From a virus, in IMG/VR virus record IMGVR_UViG_3300045988_151219, positions 1-64,000 of that record: a DNA stretch of 64,000 nucleotides, one strand, 5' to 3'. Positions 1 through 9,496 of the stretch are shown here, one piece after another. Each line of letters opens with the position of its first letter. The first letter of the stretch is position 1. Below the pieces are notes generated by a model. It searched no databases, had not been told where the DNA came from, and saw only the letters and a program-made list of their open reading frames with translations. Both the position numbers and the translations under genes were made by a program.

Positions 1-793
1 CATCTACATAAGACGGTAACTGGCTGGAAGGAACTTTTCCGGCAGCATCTAAAGAAGCAACACCATTAACAGCCCCTACTTTTGATAACGCTACCTTAGT
101 ATTGTCTTCTATGGTAATGTCAGCTGTGCCATCAAAGGGAACTCCGTTAATGTTTCTTGGCGTTTCAAGTTTAACAGCCTTTACAGCTTTCTCAATCGTA
201 CCACCTGTAGCTGTAGCAAAGCCAGCATCGTTTACTAATTCAGAAGTCTTTGTCGGAACTGTTATATTTACTTCTTTATTAGAAATTACCTGCCCTGCAC
301 CATTAACTTTGATTACTTCAATCTTGTTTACCTGTGCAGTAGCTTCAATTCCAGCTAATTTTGCTTTTTCAGCATCCGTATAATCATTCGATGAAAGAAC
401 TTTAGTACCATCTTTTTCTACATAAGTTTCATGAATGACTTTTCCGTTAGCGTCTTTCTCTGCTCTTTCAGTAGGTGTATTTCCTAAAGCTGTTTTTATA
501 TCTACAGCTTCAATAGAAATTTTTCCGTTAGTTACTGAAATATTATCCCCTACAGATACTAAACCTAATTCAGTTGCAGTAGCTGCTTTTGGCGGAGTAA
601 TATCTATAGAAATTTCAGCACTACCGTCATATTCGGAGTCTACACTTCCATTTTTAATTTTAAGTTTATGAGATACTTTATTTGCTACTGTTGCTGTCTC
701 GCTTGTACCTAAATACTTTGCTACGTTTGCCGCATCCTGTTTCTGCTTAAACCGTTTTAAAGATTCAAGGTCTACATATTTTGTTTCTGGCAT
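1..793 (-). CDS. tail fibre protein, N-terminal 264 codons (gene runs off the window at position 1)
   Basis: Absent from the ORF track because no stop lies in the window. My translation from ATG at 791-793 (AGAGGTG just upstream) reads MPETKYVDLESLKRFKQKQDAANV... and stays open to position 1. Fibre motifs LSSNDYTDAEKAKL, ETPRNINGVPFDGTADITI, NGVASLDAAGKVPSSQLPSYVD. Confidence 0.85.
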   Translation of the reverse strand, partial: MPETKYVDLESLKRFKQKQDAANVAKYLGTSETATVANKVSHKLKIKNGSVDSEYDGSAEISIDITPPKAATATELGLVSVGDNISVTNGKISIEAVDIKTALGNTPTERAEKDANGKVIHETYVEKDGTKVLSSNDYTDAEKAKLAGIEATAQVNKIEVIKVNGAGQVISNKEVNITVPTKTSELVNDAGFATATGGTIEKAVKAVKLETPRNINGVPFDGTADITIEDNTKVALSKVGAVNGVASLDAAGKVPSSQLPSYVD

Positions 794-806
794 ATTTCAC
801 CTCTAA

Positions 807-1262
807 TTAAAATAAATCATCTATATCTGTTATGGATGTAGTAGGAAATTCGTTTGAAACTTTTGTATTTAACTCTACATCGTGATAACCGTCAAAAGAA
901 GTCTTAGGTGCTTCTACCACACCCTTAATTGAAATCTTCGCATCTAATAAAGGCTTTGCTATTGTGAATTGTTTATAAGCATGTGCTGCTACAGAATAGA
1001 ATAAAATTTCATTACTATCTTTTATCAGATATAAAACTTGCTCGTCTCCCTCTGCTGGTAATAATGTTTTATTTTCATATTCTTTAACTAAAGCTTTCTT
1101 CACTTGGTCAGGCAGAAATCTCGTCTCTATCTTCCCGTCAGCATCTAATCCTACAAAACCGTTTGGCTCGCCTTTGGTTGATTTCAGTACATAATAGTTG
1201 TCTGCTTTTCTCTTAAATAAAGCTAAATTTTCAAGAGATATTACTGTCTTTGACATAAGCAC
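807..1262 (-). CDS. small tail-fibre-like protein
   Basis: 151-aa ORF. Fibre adaptor motif KGEPNGFVGLDADGKIETRFLP near the N-terminus. C-terminal tag ITDIDDLF. Tight spacing with neighbouring fibre genes. Confidence 0.7.
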   Translation of the reverse strand: MLMSKTVISLENLALFKRKADNYYVLKSTKGEPNGFVGLDADGKIETRFLPDQVKKALVKEYENKTLLPAEGDEQVLYLIKDSNEILFYSVAAHAYKQFTIAKPLLDAKISIKGVVEAPKTSFDGYHDVELNTKVSNEFPTTSITDIDDLF

Positions 1263-1268
1263 CTCTTA

Positions 1269-1751
1269 TCAGCCGAATAAATCATTTATATTTTCATCAG
1301 TAGCAGTAGATGTATCACTTTCACTATCTGTTGATAAATTAATTATCTGTTTCGACGGGTCGATTGAGAATGTAAGCTCCCCTACTGATTCTACCTTATA
1401 GATTTTACCCTCTTTATCTATAATAAAATCCTCTACAGCTAATTTCTTAATAACTAACTTAGCTATCTCACAAGTCACCTGGTCAGCTTTTATTATATCT
1501 TTATAGAAGTTAATCCTGAAATTAGTCTCTTTAACTGTTTCTAATTTTGTCTCTACTTCTTGTACCTTCGTATCTATCAGATTTATTTTTTCTAACAAGG
1601 TCTCCGGAACCTGCTGTACTTTTATCTGCCCTTTACCATCTAAAGAAGCTATTCCGTTTGCTTGCCCCTTTTCTGATTTTCTGATATAAAACTTGTCAAT
1701 ACAGCGTAAGTAGAAAGATTTTAGAATGTCAAGAGTGATAAACTTATCCAA
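1269..1751 (-). CDS. small tail-fibre-like protein
   Basis: 160-aa ORF. Motif KGQANGIASLDGKGQIKVQQVP. C-terminal tag ENINDLFG. Similar architecture to 807..1262. Confidence 0.7.
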   Translation of the reverse strand: MDKFITLDILKSFYLRCIDKFYIRKSEKGQANGIASLDGKGQIKVQQVPETLLEKINLIDTKVQEVETKLETVKETNFRINFYKDIIKADQVTCEIAKLVIKKLAVEDFIIDKEGKIYKVESVGELTFSIDPSKQIINLSTDSESDTSTATDENINDLFG

Positions 1752-1757
1752 TTAACA

Positions 1758-3260
1758 TCACCCCTTCTTGTATATTATAACTCCACCTAAAGTTTCTTCT
1801 ATTTCATATTTTTCTACTGAATCAAATTGTCCAGCATACTTCTTAAATATATTATGATTCTTAAATGCTTTTAGTCGGTTAGGATTTACTAAAATAGTTG
1901 TGTTTTTAGAAAGCCCTACCTCTTGTCTGCAATTTAAGAATGTGTCAGATAAAATAAGATATTTCAGCTTGTCAGTCTTTCCAAAGATGTAATAGTAGTT
2001 AGTAGCTTTTCTCATATTAAATTTTGAAAGGTCTAAATATTCTAAACTACTATCTTCATAAAACATGTAAGAAAAATCTTCCCCTAAAGCGGTATTGAAT
2101 GATGAAACGTCAATAGCCTTTAATGCTTTGTTATTTGCAAAAGCAAAAGAGAAATCTTTACAAGCTTTAGTTACTATATAAGAAGTGTCTATTATCTGTG
2201 CATTTCTGCAATAATTAAACATTCCTTTTATGGATTTACATTCTGTGAAATCCATAAAAAACTTAGGAAATACTTTAACTTTAAGCATTCCTTTAAATAT
2301 ATCAGTAGCATTATTAACTACTAATCCTGAATTTAAGAATTTAATTGTGTCTCTCGGCAAGATAGTTATTTTATCATAGTTTTTAATGTAATTCTTAGCA
2401 TAGTTACTTAAATCCACAGATGAACTCGATGTCTTAAGCACACTATCCATAGTAATAACTACATCAGCATCTCCTTGCGGAATTTTGTGTGGTAACTCAA
2501 CTATCTTATTATTTACATTTACAATAGGTGTAATATAATTGTTAGATAGCTTCTCTACAGATTTTATAGTAACTTCCTGATTAGATTTAAACCTTAAAGT
2601 AAGCTGTTGGTCTGTCTGCGGTTTATATATCTGTTCTTCACCATCAACTAAAAGAGTAAAAGCCTTAATATTAAGACAAGAGATATTATAAAACCTAAAC
2701 AATTTAACTAAGTTATAGTTAAATTTAAAGTAATAATTCCTATCAATCTTAGGTATTATTATCTGCCTATTCTTGTTAATGTCCATTCCTTCTTCATAGT
2801 TACAGAATTTATAAAGTTCTGTATCAAAAGCTTTTAAAGTAACTTTTGTACCCTTAACGAATTTTTCTTTGAACGTTCCTTTATAGAATTTTTTATTGAC
2901 GGTAACTACTCCAACATTTGAAGAAATATTTACATTATAAGTAACTAATTCTTTTAAAACTACTGAAATTGTAGTGTCTTTATAAATATCAAAAGCTACT
3001 GAAAAAGTTTCATATCTCTTACTGTTTATGTAAGTACATGTAAACTCGTAGCCGTAATCAACTTCTACGGTAACTGTTAAAGGCTCACCATAAGCAAAAT
3101 AAAGCTCTTCACCTTCTTTCCCATTGATAGTGACTTTCCCACTATCAAACGGTAAAACGGTTACTTTGCAATCTGGTATTTTATCAATTACAGGTGTTAC
3201 TTCATAATCAGAATCTATCTGTATTATTTTAGTAATTTGTTTTTTAGAATCCATGCCCAC
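1758..3260 (-). CDS. putative receptor-binding protein with C-terminal BspA/DUF285-type leucine-rich repeats
   Basis: 500-aa ORF. The C-terminal third has the repeat pattern F..C..L..ID.S.F......M F... seen in DUF285/BspA LRR proteins (FNYCRNAQIIDTSYI, FANNKALKAIDVSSFNTALGEDFSYMFYEDSSLEYLDLSKFNMRKATNYYYIFGKTDKLKYLIL). Confidence 0.65.
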   Translation of the reverse strand: MGMDSKKQITKIIQIDSDYEVTPVIDKIPDCKVTVLPFDSGKVTINGKEGEELYFAYGEPLTVTVEVDYGYEFTCTYINSKRYETFSVAFDIYKDTTISVVLKELVTYNVNISSNVGVVTVNKKFYKGTFKEKFVKGTKVTLKAFDTELYKFCNYEEGMDINKNRQIIIPKIDRNYYFKFNYNLVKLFRFYNISCLNIKAFTLLVDGEEQIYKPQTDQQLTLRFKSNQEVTIKSVEKLSNNYITPIVNVNNKIVELPHKIPQGDADVVITMDSVLKTSSSSVDLSNYAKNYIKNYDKITILPRDTIKFLNSGLVVNNATDIFKGMLKVKVFPKFFMDFTECKSIKGMFNYCRNAQIIDTSYIVTKACKDFSFAFANNKALKAIDVSSFNTALGEDFSYMFYEDSSLEYLDLSKFNMRKATNYYYIFGKTDKLKYLILSDTFLNCRQEVGLSKNTTILVNPNRLKAFKNHNIFKKYAGQFDSVEKYEIEETLGGVIIYKKG

Positions 3261-4305
3261 TTACTATCCTGGATAAAATTTCTAACTTTCGATTAAGTTC
3301 CGCTATTTCCTGCTTTAGTTTCTGTATTTCTTCATCTTTCTCTTCTAAAGCAGTTACTCTCATGCATAAAGGATGTAACCAGTTCTTAACTTCTGATTTA
3401 GCTAAATAGTCTTTTAAATCAGATTTTATCGTTATCTGATTATAAGTAAAATTCTTTCTTCTATCTTGAGAAATTATACGTTCTCTTATTAAAGCTAACA
3501 ACTTTTCAAGGTCAATAGATAAAGTACCGTCTTCTGAAACAGATAAACCTTCTCCTGTCTTTACTACACCCCTAACTTCCTGATTGGATGTTTTAAGTAG
3601 TTTATCTTTTAGCTTTAAATCATCATCTAAAGTAGCTACTTCTGATTGATTAACAGTAATTTTATGATTATTATTCTGAACTATATAATCATTATCTATC
3701 TCTAACTGTTCATCTTTCCTTAAGTAAGTATCTTCTATATCATTACCAGCTTTGTCTGCTACCGCTCTATCAGCTAAATCTGCTTTAGGTACAGATAAAC
3801 TATTAAGTAAAGTAACTAATTCATCTTTAGCTACAAACTTTTCATCTGCTGAATCTTTAGAAAGGTAATGTAAATGAATAACATTACCCTCTATATCTTT
3901 TTCTGCTTTATCAGCTACTTTATTTATCGGAGTAAATATCTTGACTCCTGGTGTCTTTTCAACACACTGATAAAGTATCCCTTTATCTATATCAAAATAT
4001 AAAGCTCCTACGTCAGCATTATGCGGAAAATCAGCAATAGTAGGGAAGCCTCTTATAAGTATAGTTTTCTTTGGCAAAGACTTTCCTACTAACTTTGATA
4101 TAGTACCGTCAACTTCTAACTGTACTACTTCATCAGAAACTTCCGGAATACCATCTTCTATCTTTACAGTACGTCCTGATTTTACTACCCCAAAAGTATT
4201 TTCTCCGGCTTTCGGGATTTCTGCAATATGCCATTGTACTTGTTTAGTTTTGTCATTAAAGACATACAATATATCGTGATAAAGTTGTAAGTCCATAGAT
4301 ATCAC
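3244..4305 (-). CDS. tail fibre protein with coiled-coil C-terminus
   Basis: 353-aa ORF. Fibre repeat motif A.KD.EGNVIHLHYL / ADKAGNDIEDTYL is shared with 7861..9381 and 1..793. C-terminal heptad-like EEKDEEIQKLKQEIAELNRKLEIL. The track start is GTG at 4305; ATG at 4296 (MDLQLY, GGGTG upstream) is more likely. Confidence 0.7.
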   Translation of the reverse strand: MISMDLQLYHDILYVFNDKTKQVQWHIAEIPKAGENTFGVVKSGRTVKIEDGIPEVSDEVVQLEVDGTISKLVGKSLPKKTILIRGFPTIADFPHNADVGALYFDIDKGILYQCVEKTPGVKIFTPINKVADKAEKDIEGNVIHLHYLSKDSADEKFVAKDELVTLLNSLSVPKADLADRAVADKAGNDIEDTYLRKDEQLEIDNDYIVQNNNHKITVNQSEVATLDDDLKLKDKLLKTSNQEVRGVVKTGEGLSVSEDGTLSIDLEKLLALIRERIISQDRRKNFTYNQITIKSDLKDYLAKSEVKNWLHPLCMRVTALEEKDEEIQKLKQEIAELNRKLEILSRIVSGHGF

Positions 4306-5204
4306 CCATGAAGCTGCTTAGCTAAGGTTTCTATATCTTCTTCTGTAGCTTTCGTTACTTCCGGCTTCGGTAAAATAGATATTATATATTCCTTTAAGTC
4401 TGCCGGTAATGTATTTCCGTGTTCCTGATATATCTCATAGAAAGATTTACCGTTGTTCCCCATCGGACCTCTAAGGTTAATAATAACTTTATTAGCTAAA
4501 TGTACAGTCTTAGCATCCTGGTCGACTGAAACAATAGAGAATACATCACCTTTAGCATCTACTACAAAATCACCAGGTTCTATATCTACTGAATTTTCTA
4601 TCTTAGTAAAGCTAACATCAGAATTGATATAAAGGTCTCTTTCAGAAACATAAATAGAATGACCTCTCTCCCCTTTAAAGCCCTTTTCACCTTTAATCCC
4701 TGTTATTGAATAAAGAGGACCATATACTAAAACTTTATCATTAGATATTGTTTTAACTTTAAAGAATGACCCTGCTTTGTCTATTACATAATCGTCTTCC
4801 CTTAGAGTATTTGTATCACCTTGGAAAAGATTAGCTTCTACTTCTATCATTACCTTTTCTCCTTCATGTAAAGAAGGCGGAACAGGAACAGCAAAAGCTA
4901 ATAAATAAAGAGAATTACCTTTATAACCTTTAATAGAAATAAGAGATTTTTTAACTTTAATAAACAAGTCAAAAACTTCTTCTACTGTGTAAAGGTTTCC
5001 TTCTATGTCAATAATAGAGTCTCCAGGTTTTACTTCTTTCTGTAAATATTTCTTTGTAATCTGCTTTGTCTCATCATCTATTTTAGAGTAATAAGGTGTT
5101 ATAGAGTATATTTGTGACAATTCTTTCTTTGTCGCAAATACTCTATGTAATCTTATATAAAAATATTTGAGCAAAGGTATTGTAACTACTTTTTCAAGAT
5201 TCAT
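4302..5204 (-). CDS. tail-fibre-like protein with a short collagen-like G-X-Y run
   Basis: 300-aa ORF. GIKGEKGFKGERG is four consecutive G-X-Y triplets, and RGPMGNNGKS occurs later. The N-terminal LLKYFYIRL resembles the N-termini of the neighbouring fibre ORFs. Confidence 0.6.
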   Translation of the reverse strand: MNLEKVVTIPLLKYFYIRLHRVFATKKELSQIYSITPYYSKIDDETKQITKKYLQKEVKPGDSIIDIEGNLYTVEEVFDLFIKVKKSLISIKGYKGNSLYLLAFAVPVPPSLHEGEKVMIEVEANLFQGDTNTLREDDYVIDKAGSFFKVKTISNDKVLVYGPLYSITGIKGEKGFKGERGHSIYVSERDLYINSDVSFTKIENSVDIEPGDFVVDAKGDVFSIVSVDQDAKTVHLANKVIINLRGPMGNNGKSFYEIYQEHGNTLPADLKEYIISILPKPEVTKATEEDIETLAKQLHG

Positions 5205-5225
5205 ATTAATACCTCTTCTAAAAGA

Positions 5226-5708
5226 TTAATATTTTAATAAGTCCGCTATCTTGATGTCTTCTCCCCACATCTTCTGTAAGTCTTCTAAAGTTAAAGGTGT
5301 AAAGTCATCTTTCTTTAAATAATCAGACATATCAAGTGTCGGTGAACCTAAAATTTCCCACTTGTTTTCTACATAAATATACTCTGTAAATAAGTTATTT
5401 TCTTCTGTCTTATTCTTTAAAAGATAAATAACATCAGTAAGAATATCTGTAACAGGTAAAGAATCTACTACTTTAAAAGAAAGTTTAGGTACTACTGAAA
5501 GTTTAGAATCTACATATGTTTTAATTCCTTCAGAAGTTACCGGATTTTTACTTGCTTCCATCGGAACAGTATCAAAGGTAAGTCTATCCTGTTTACCCTC
5601 TAAGTCTTCTTTCTTAACAAAAAGATTCATTATTGAGTCTAAAGTAGATTTAATAATTTTAATATGTGCATCAAATAATTTCTTGTCTATTGTATAAGGT
5701 TTATCCAT
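5226..5708 (-). CDS. tail-fibre-like protein
   Basis: 160-aa ORF. Motif LTFDTVPMEASKNPVTSEGIKTYVDSKL is paralogous to LTFDSTPTEDSQNPVTSDGIKSYVDTNV in 7462..7842. Confidence 0.65.
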   Translation of the reverse strand: MDKPYTIDKKLFDAHIKIIKSTLDSIMNLFVKKEDLEGKQDRLTFDTVPMEASKNPVTSEGIKTYVDSKLSVVPKLSFKVVDSLPVTDILTDVIYLLKNKTEENNLFTEYIYVENKWEILGSPTLDMSDYLKKDDFTPLTLEDLQKMWGEDIKIADLLKY

Positions 5709-5730
5709 TATATTATTACTCCTTTAGAAA

Positions 5731-6171
5731 TTAATCAAAATTAAGTTTATAATCAGTTGGTTTAATATCTGCATCTTCAATTACTTTATATTCAAGTTTA
5801 GTAACATTAAATTCAGTAAAATAACGAATATTAGGCATCAATGATTCAAGACCAGCCACGCATTTTCCACACTGTCCAGCACTATTTCCCAATACTGTAT
5901 GAATAGAATAGTTTAGACTGGCAGACCTATCTGCAATCATAAACATACAATCATTATCATAGCTACTACTACTAAGTTGAAGATAAAGATTTGGAAAATC
6001 CTTTTGAATGTCTGAATTGTTGTCAAAGAATTGCCTCAAAACGGACATCTTACCAGTAGTTACAGCAATAATTCCAATATTATTCGGGTCACCTTTAAAT
6101 ACAACCGGAATTTCTAAATTAGTGAATGTGTAATTATTTGATTGATATTTAGATGTTCCTGTAATTCTCAA
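5731..6171 (-). CDS. hypothetical protein, or C-terminal extension of the upstream LRR protein
   Basis: The track start is TTG with no SD. The frame stays open upstream to 6249 and is the same frame as 6250..7440, separated only by one TAA (see findings). Confidence 0.5.
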   Translation of the reverse strand: MRITGTSKYQSNNYTFTNLEIPVVFKGDPNNIGIIAVTTGKMSVLRQFFDNNSDIQKDFPNLYLQLSSSSYDNDCMFMIADRSASLNYSIHTVLGNSAGQCGKCVAGLESLMPNIRYFTEFNVTKLEYKVIEDADIKPTDYKLNFD

Positions 6172-6249
6172 ACGAATATTCTTTAAATCAATATCAGGAA
6201 TATTTGAAAATCCATAGAAAATTTCATCATGTACAGTTAATTTATGCCA

Positions 6250-7440
6250 TTATGATTTGGGTTGTATCTGAATTGTACCATCACCGTTATCTGTTATAGT
6301 GTACTTGTTAGACGAAGCTAAATTTATATTGTAAGAATTATACTGTCCTGTAAGTCCAACAGTTTCTATACCATCTTTAAGTTGCTTTAAATCCAAATTA
6401 CTTATATTATCTATCAGTAATGTACATGAAGTCGTTATTCCAGCCTTTTCTAATTCAGCAACAAAATTACTGTTTACAAGTATACTTTTATCTTCCTCTT
6501 TAATTAAAATATACTTAAGTTTAGAACAACCTAAAACAAAACTAATAAATTTTGTAGTGTTACTTAGTTTAATTCCTCTTAAATCAAGAACTTCTAAATT
6601 AAAACAATTTTCACATAAAGAAGCTATATTAATATTGTCAACTGTTCGCTTAAAAGAACTTTCAGATAGAAGAAGCTGTTTTAAGTTTTCACTACCTTCA
6701 AAAGCATGAAATAAAGTATTTACTCTACTTAAATTCATTCCAGATAAATCTACTTTTTCTAAGTTCCTACAATGTAACGCAAAAGAATCCATACTATTAA
6801 TATCACTTGTTTGAACTTGTATTTTCGGAACTTCTTTGAGTTCTTGACAATCAGCAAAAGTATGGTGCATTTCCTGAGCCTTAGCTTTTATACTTGTATT
6901 TTGCATGATAGCTTTTGTGTCAGCCGTTAATTCAGTCATTGTCTTATAAGAATCATGATACCAAGTATTCATATATGAACTAAAATCAATTTCAGTAGCT
7001 AAAGTCGCCGCTGATGTTTGAGTAATTTTAATGTCCGATAAAACATACTCATGATATTCTGTAACATTTTCATCCGGTTCAGAGGATTCTATTTTCATAG
7101 TACCAATATTATAACCTTCTTTAGGTTTAAGTTTTACGTCTATGCTAAAAAATCCATTTCCTAAATACTTATTAGGAATGTCTACTCCACTTACTTCTCC
7201 ATTAGTACCAGAAGCAACATATATATTATAAACAGGGTACTGATTAGTGAAACTATCTTTATCTATCGTTAAATTATAACCTTTATCAAGTAAATCGTCT
7301 ATTGAAACTCCTGTCTGAATTGATTTTATTTTAGCCGGCATTTCCTTCGGCTTTAATTTTTCTGTAGTTTCTGTTTTTTCTCGAATAGCATCACCAATAT
7401 CAGATAAAGTCTTTTCTTTTATTAAAGCTAATTCACTCAT
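6250..7440 (-). CDS. putative receptor-binding protein with BspA/DUF285-type leucine-rich repeats
   Basis: 396-aa ORF. The N-terminal LSDIGDAIREKTETTEKLKPKEMPAKI motif is typical of this protein class. Repeats FADCQELKEVPKI, FALHCRNLEKVDLSGMNLSRVNTLFHAFEGSENLKQLLL, CENCFNLEVLDLRGIKLSNTTKFISFVLGCSKLKYILI. Confidence 0.65.
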   Translation of the reverse strand: MSELALIKEKTLSDIGDAIREKTETTEKLKPKEMPAKIKSIQTGVSIDDLLDKGYNLTIDKDSFTNQYPVYNIYVASGTNGEVSGVDIPNKYLGNGFFSIDVKLKPKEGYNIGTMKIESSEPDENVTEYHEYVLSDIKITQTSAATLATEIDFSSYMNTWYHDSYKTMTELTADTKAIMQNTSIKAKAQEMHHTFADCQELKEVPKIQVQTSDINSMDSFALHCRNLEKVDLSGMNLSRVNTLFHAFEGSENLKQLLLSESSFKRTVDNINIASLCENCFNLEVLDLRGIKLSNTTKFISFVLGCSKLKYILIKEEDKSILVNSNFVAELEKAGITTSCTLLIDNISNLDLKQLKDGIETVGLTGQYNSYNINLASSNKYTITDNGDGTIQIQPKS

Positions 7441-7461
7441 TGATTTTAGTCTCCTTTTATA

Positions 7462-7842
7462 TTAATAACCATGCTCTTCTGCATTTTTAATGGTAGCTAA
7501 AATGTTTGCTACATTTGTATCTACATATGATTTAATTCCATCTGATGTTACAGGATTCTGACTATCTTCTGTAGGAGTAGAATCAAAAGTAAGTAAGTCC
7601 TGTGTTATCTCCAGCCATTTTGTACCGTTATAGATGTAAGCCTTCTCTCCTACTAAATAAATTCTATTTTCAGAAATATTATCCGTCGGAAGTGCCGTTA
7701 CTTTTCTAATTACTCTTATGCTCTTAAGCTCTTCTTTTGTAACTAACTCTACTAAATCTAATTTAGAAGCATATTTATTAGACAGATAAGTTTTCAGTCC
7801 TTCCCAAAACTTAGTAAGTCCTGGTAAATCTAATACTTTCAT
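7462..7842 (-). CDS. tail-fibre-like protein
   Basis: 126-aa ORF, paralogous to 5226..5708 (NPVTSDGIKSYVDTNV motif). Confidence 0.65.
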   Translation of the reverse strand: MKVLDLPGLTKFWEGLKTYLSNKYASKLDLVELVTKEELKSIRVIRKVTALPTDNISENRIYLVGEKAYIYNGTKWLEITQDLLTFDSTPTEDSQNPVTSDGIKSYVDTNVANILATIKNAEEHGY

Positions 7843-7860
7843 TAAGCTATTCTCCTTTTA

Positions 7861-9381
7861 TTATAAAAACAGATGGTCTATCTCTGCATCAGTTATTCTT
7901 GTTACGTCTAACTGCTGTGTAATGCCATCTAAATCTTGTTTGGGCGCAAAAGTTGTATCTGCATATGTTTTAGAAATATATGTGTTGTCAGCTTCTGCTT
8001 TTGTTAAATGCCCTTTGACTGTTTCTTTATAAGCTTCAAAATCTACTTTTGTTAAGAATTTAGCATCAGCTTCTGCTTGTGAATAAGTTTCTGTCTTTAA
8101 ATAAAATAAAGTCTTATTGAAATTATCCTGGTCATCTTTAAAAGCATTTAGTTTATCTTGCGTTATATATGTACCTAAAGAAGCTTTTGTTACATATAAA
8201 TTTAAAATATCCTGCGTAACATAATTTCCTAATGCAGACAACGGAGCGTAATAAGTATCGATAACATTACCTTTAGAATCCTGTGTCGCTTTGGTAGCAA
8301 ATTCAACTTCGGCACCAGTCACTTTCCCATTCTGAATCATCGTACTTCCTACTTTTACGTAAGTCTGTGCTTCTAATTCAGTAAAGCTATCCGCTGAAAG
8401 AGTTCCGTCCGGTGTAATAACAAGATTCTTTCCTACTTTTACTACACCTAAAGTAGTTGCTGTAGCCGGCTGAACAGACCCGCCTTTAGTCATGTAGATA
8501 GTGTCAGCTACTGCTTTAGTTAAATAAGTTTCGTGAATTACATTACCTAACTCATCTTTTTCAGCATGTTCAGCTTTGTTTGCTTCCCCTGTATAGTAAA
8601 AAGCATCCAAAGAACCTGCTATTTGACTATTCTGTTTCCATAATATTTTATAAGTAGGCACTACAAAACTAATATTATTTAAATGTAAAACTTCTTTCTT
8701 TAATGCATTTAAATAATCAGTAACATAAGATAAATCATTTGAAATTGTTCCGTCTGTAGTAACAGCTATTCCGTTCCCTATCTTAACTGAACCTAAATGG
8801 TCTTGAGCTGCAATAGAAACTTGATTATTAGTTGTGTCGCTGCAAATAATAGAAATCTGTCGGTCAATTATAATGAGTAAGAAAGCATAAGATGTATGAG
8901 CTTTTAATATAAAATTTACTTTGTCCGTTATAATCTTGTACGTAGAATGACAAGTAATTTTTATATTTCTATCAATATTAAATTCACTTCCGTCTACATT
9001 TAATTTAACTACTCGTGAAGTTCCTATAGGATTAGATTCCTGAGGAATATTGACTATTAGCTGTGAATATTTTGAAGTTAGATTGTAAGCGTCATATTCT
9101 GAATTAACTTGAACAGTAGCAGAATCCGTTGTTAAAGCTTTAGGAACTATTATATTGCTTGTCGGAATGTAAGTATTATTTTGTGACGTAATATTTAAAA
9201 CTTTAGGTTTTATTAACTCATCTTTTGTAGCATATCCCGACAAGTCATACTGCGGTATATTGACAGTAACTTCTGCACTACCATCGTAAGAAGCTTCTAC
9301 TCCGCCCGTAAATATTAAAGAATAAGGATTCGGAAACTGTGCTTCAATGCTAACATTTAGTGTATTATTAGGTTTTGGCAT
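7861..9381 (-). CDS. tail fibre protein
   Basis: 506-aa ORF. Fibre motifs AEHAEKDELGNVIHETYLTK, ATKATQDSKGNVIDTYYAP, ATATTLGVVKVGKNLVITPDGTLS. C-terminal tag ITDAEIDHLFL. Confidence 0.75.
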   Translation of the reverse strand: MPKPNNTLNVSIEAQFPNPYSLIFTGGVEASYDGSAEVTVNIPQYDLSGYATKDELIKPKVLNITSQNNTYIPTSNIIVPKALTTDSATVQVNSEYDAYNLTSKYSQLIVNIPQESNPIGTSRVVKLNVDGSEFNIDRNIKITCHSTYKIITDKVNFILKAHTSYAFLLIIIDRQISIICSDTTNNQVSIAAQDHLGSVKIGNGIAVTTDGTISNDLSYVTDYLNALKKEVLHLNNISFVVPTYKILWKQNSQIAGSLDAFYYTGEANKAEHAEKDELGNVIHETYLTKAVADTIYMTKGGSVQPATATTLGVVKVGKNLVITPDGTLSADSFTELEAQTYVKVGSTMIQNGKVTGAEVEFATKATQDSKGNVIDTYYAPLSALGNYVTQDILNLYVTKASLGTYITQDKLNAFKDDQDNFNKTLFYLKTETYSQAEADAKFLTKVDFEAYKETVKGHLTKAEADNTYISKTYADTTFAPKQDLDGITQQLDVTRITDAEIDHLFL

Positions 9382-9403
9382 ATTGTTTTATTCACCCTCT
9401 TTA

Positions 9404-9496
9404 TTATAAAAATAAGTTAAATAAGTCTTTCAAATAAAAATATAAGGCAATAGCTATGCCACCAAAAATCATATAATCCCACGTATTAAATTTCAT
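9404..9496 (-). CDS. possible 30-aa hydrophobic micro-protein
   Basis: My translation gives MKFNTWDYMIFGGIAIALYFYLKDLFNLFL with GGAG 6 nt upstream. It is below the ORF-track length cutoff. One predicted membrane helix. Confidence 0.3.
   Translation of the reverse strand: MKFNTWDYMIFGGIAIALYFYLKDLFNLFL

Noticed and set aside
9401-9408. TATAATAA motif just upstream of the SD of the fibre gene 7861..9381. It also occurs upstream of the tail tube gene (33596..33603), suggesting a candidate late promoter.
   Set aside because: There are only two instances and the background is very AT-rich. Other structural-gene leaders I read (32290-32340, 33014-33047, 46959-47005, 31241-31291) lack it. The evidence is insufficient to call a promoter class.
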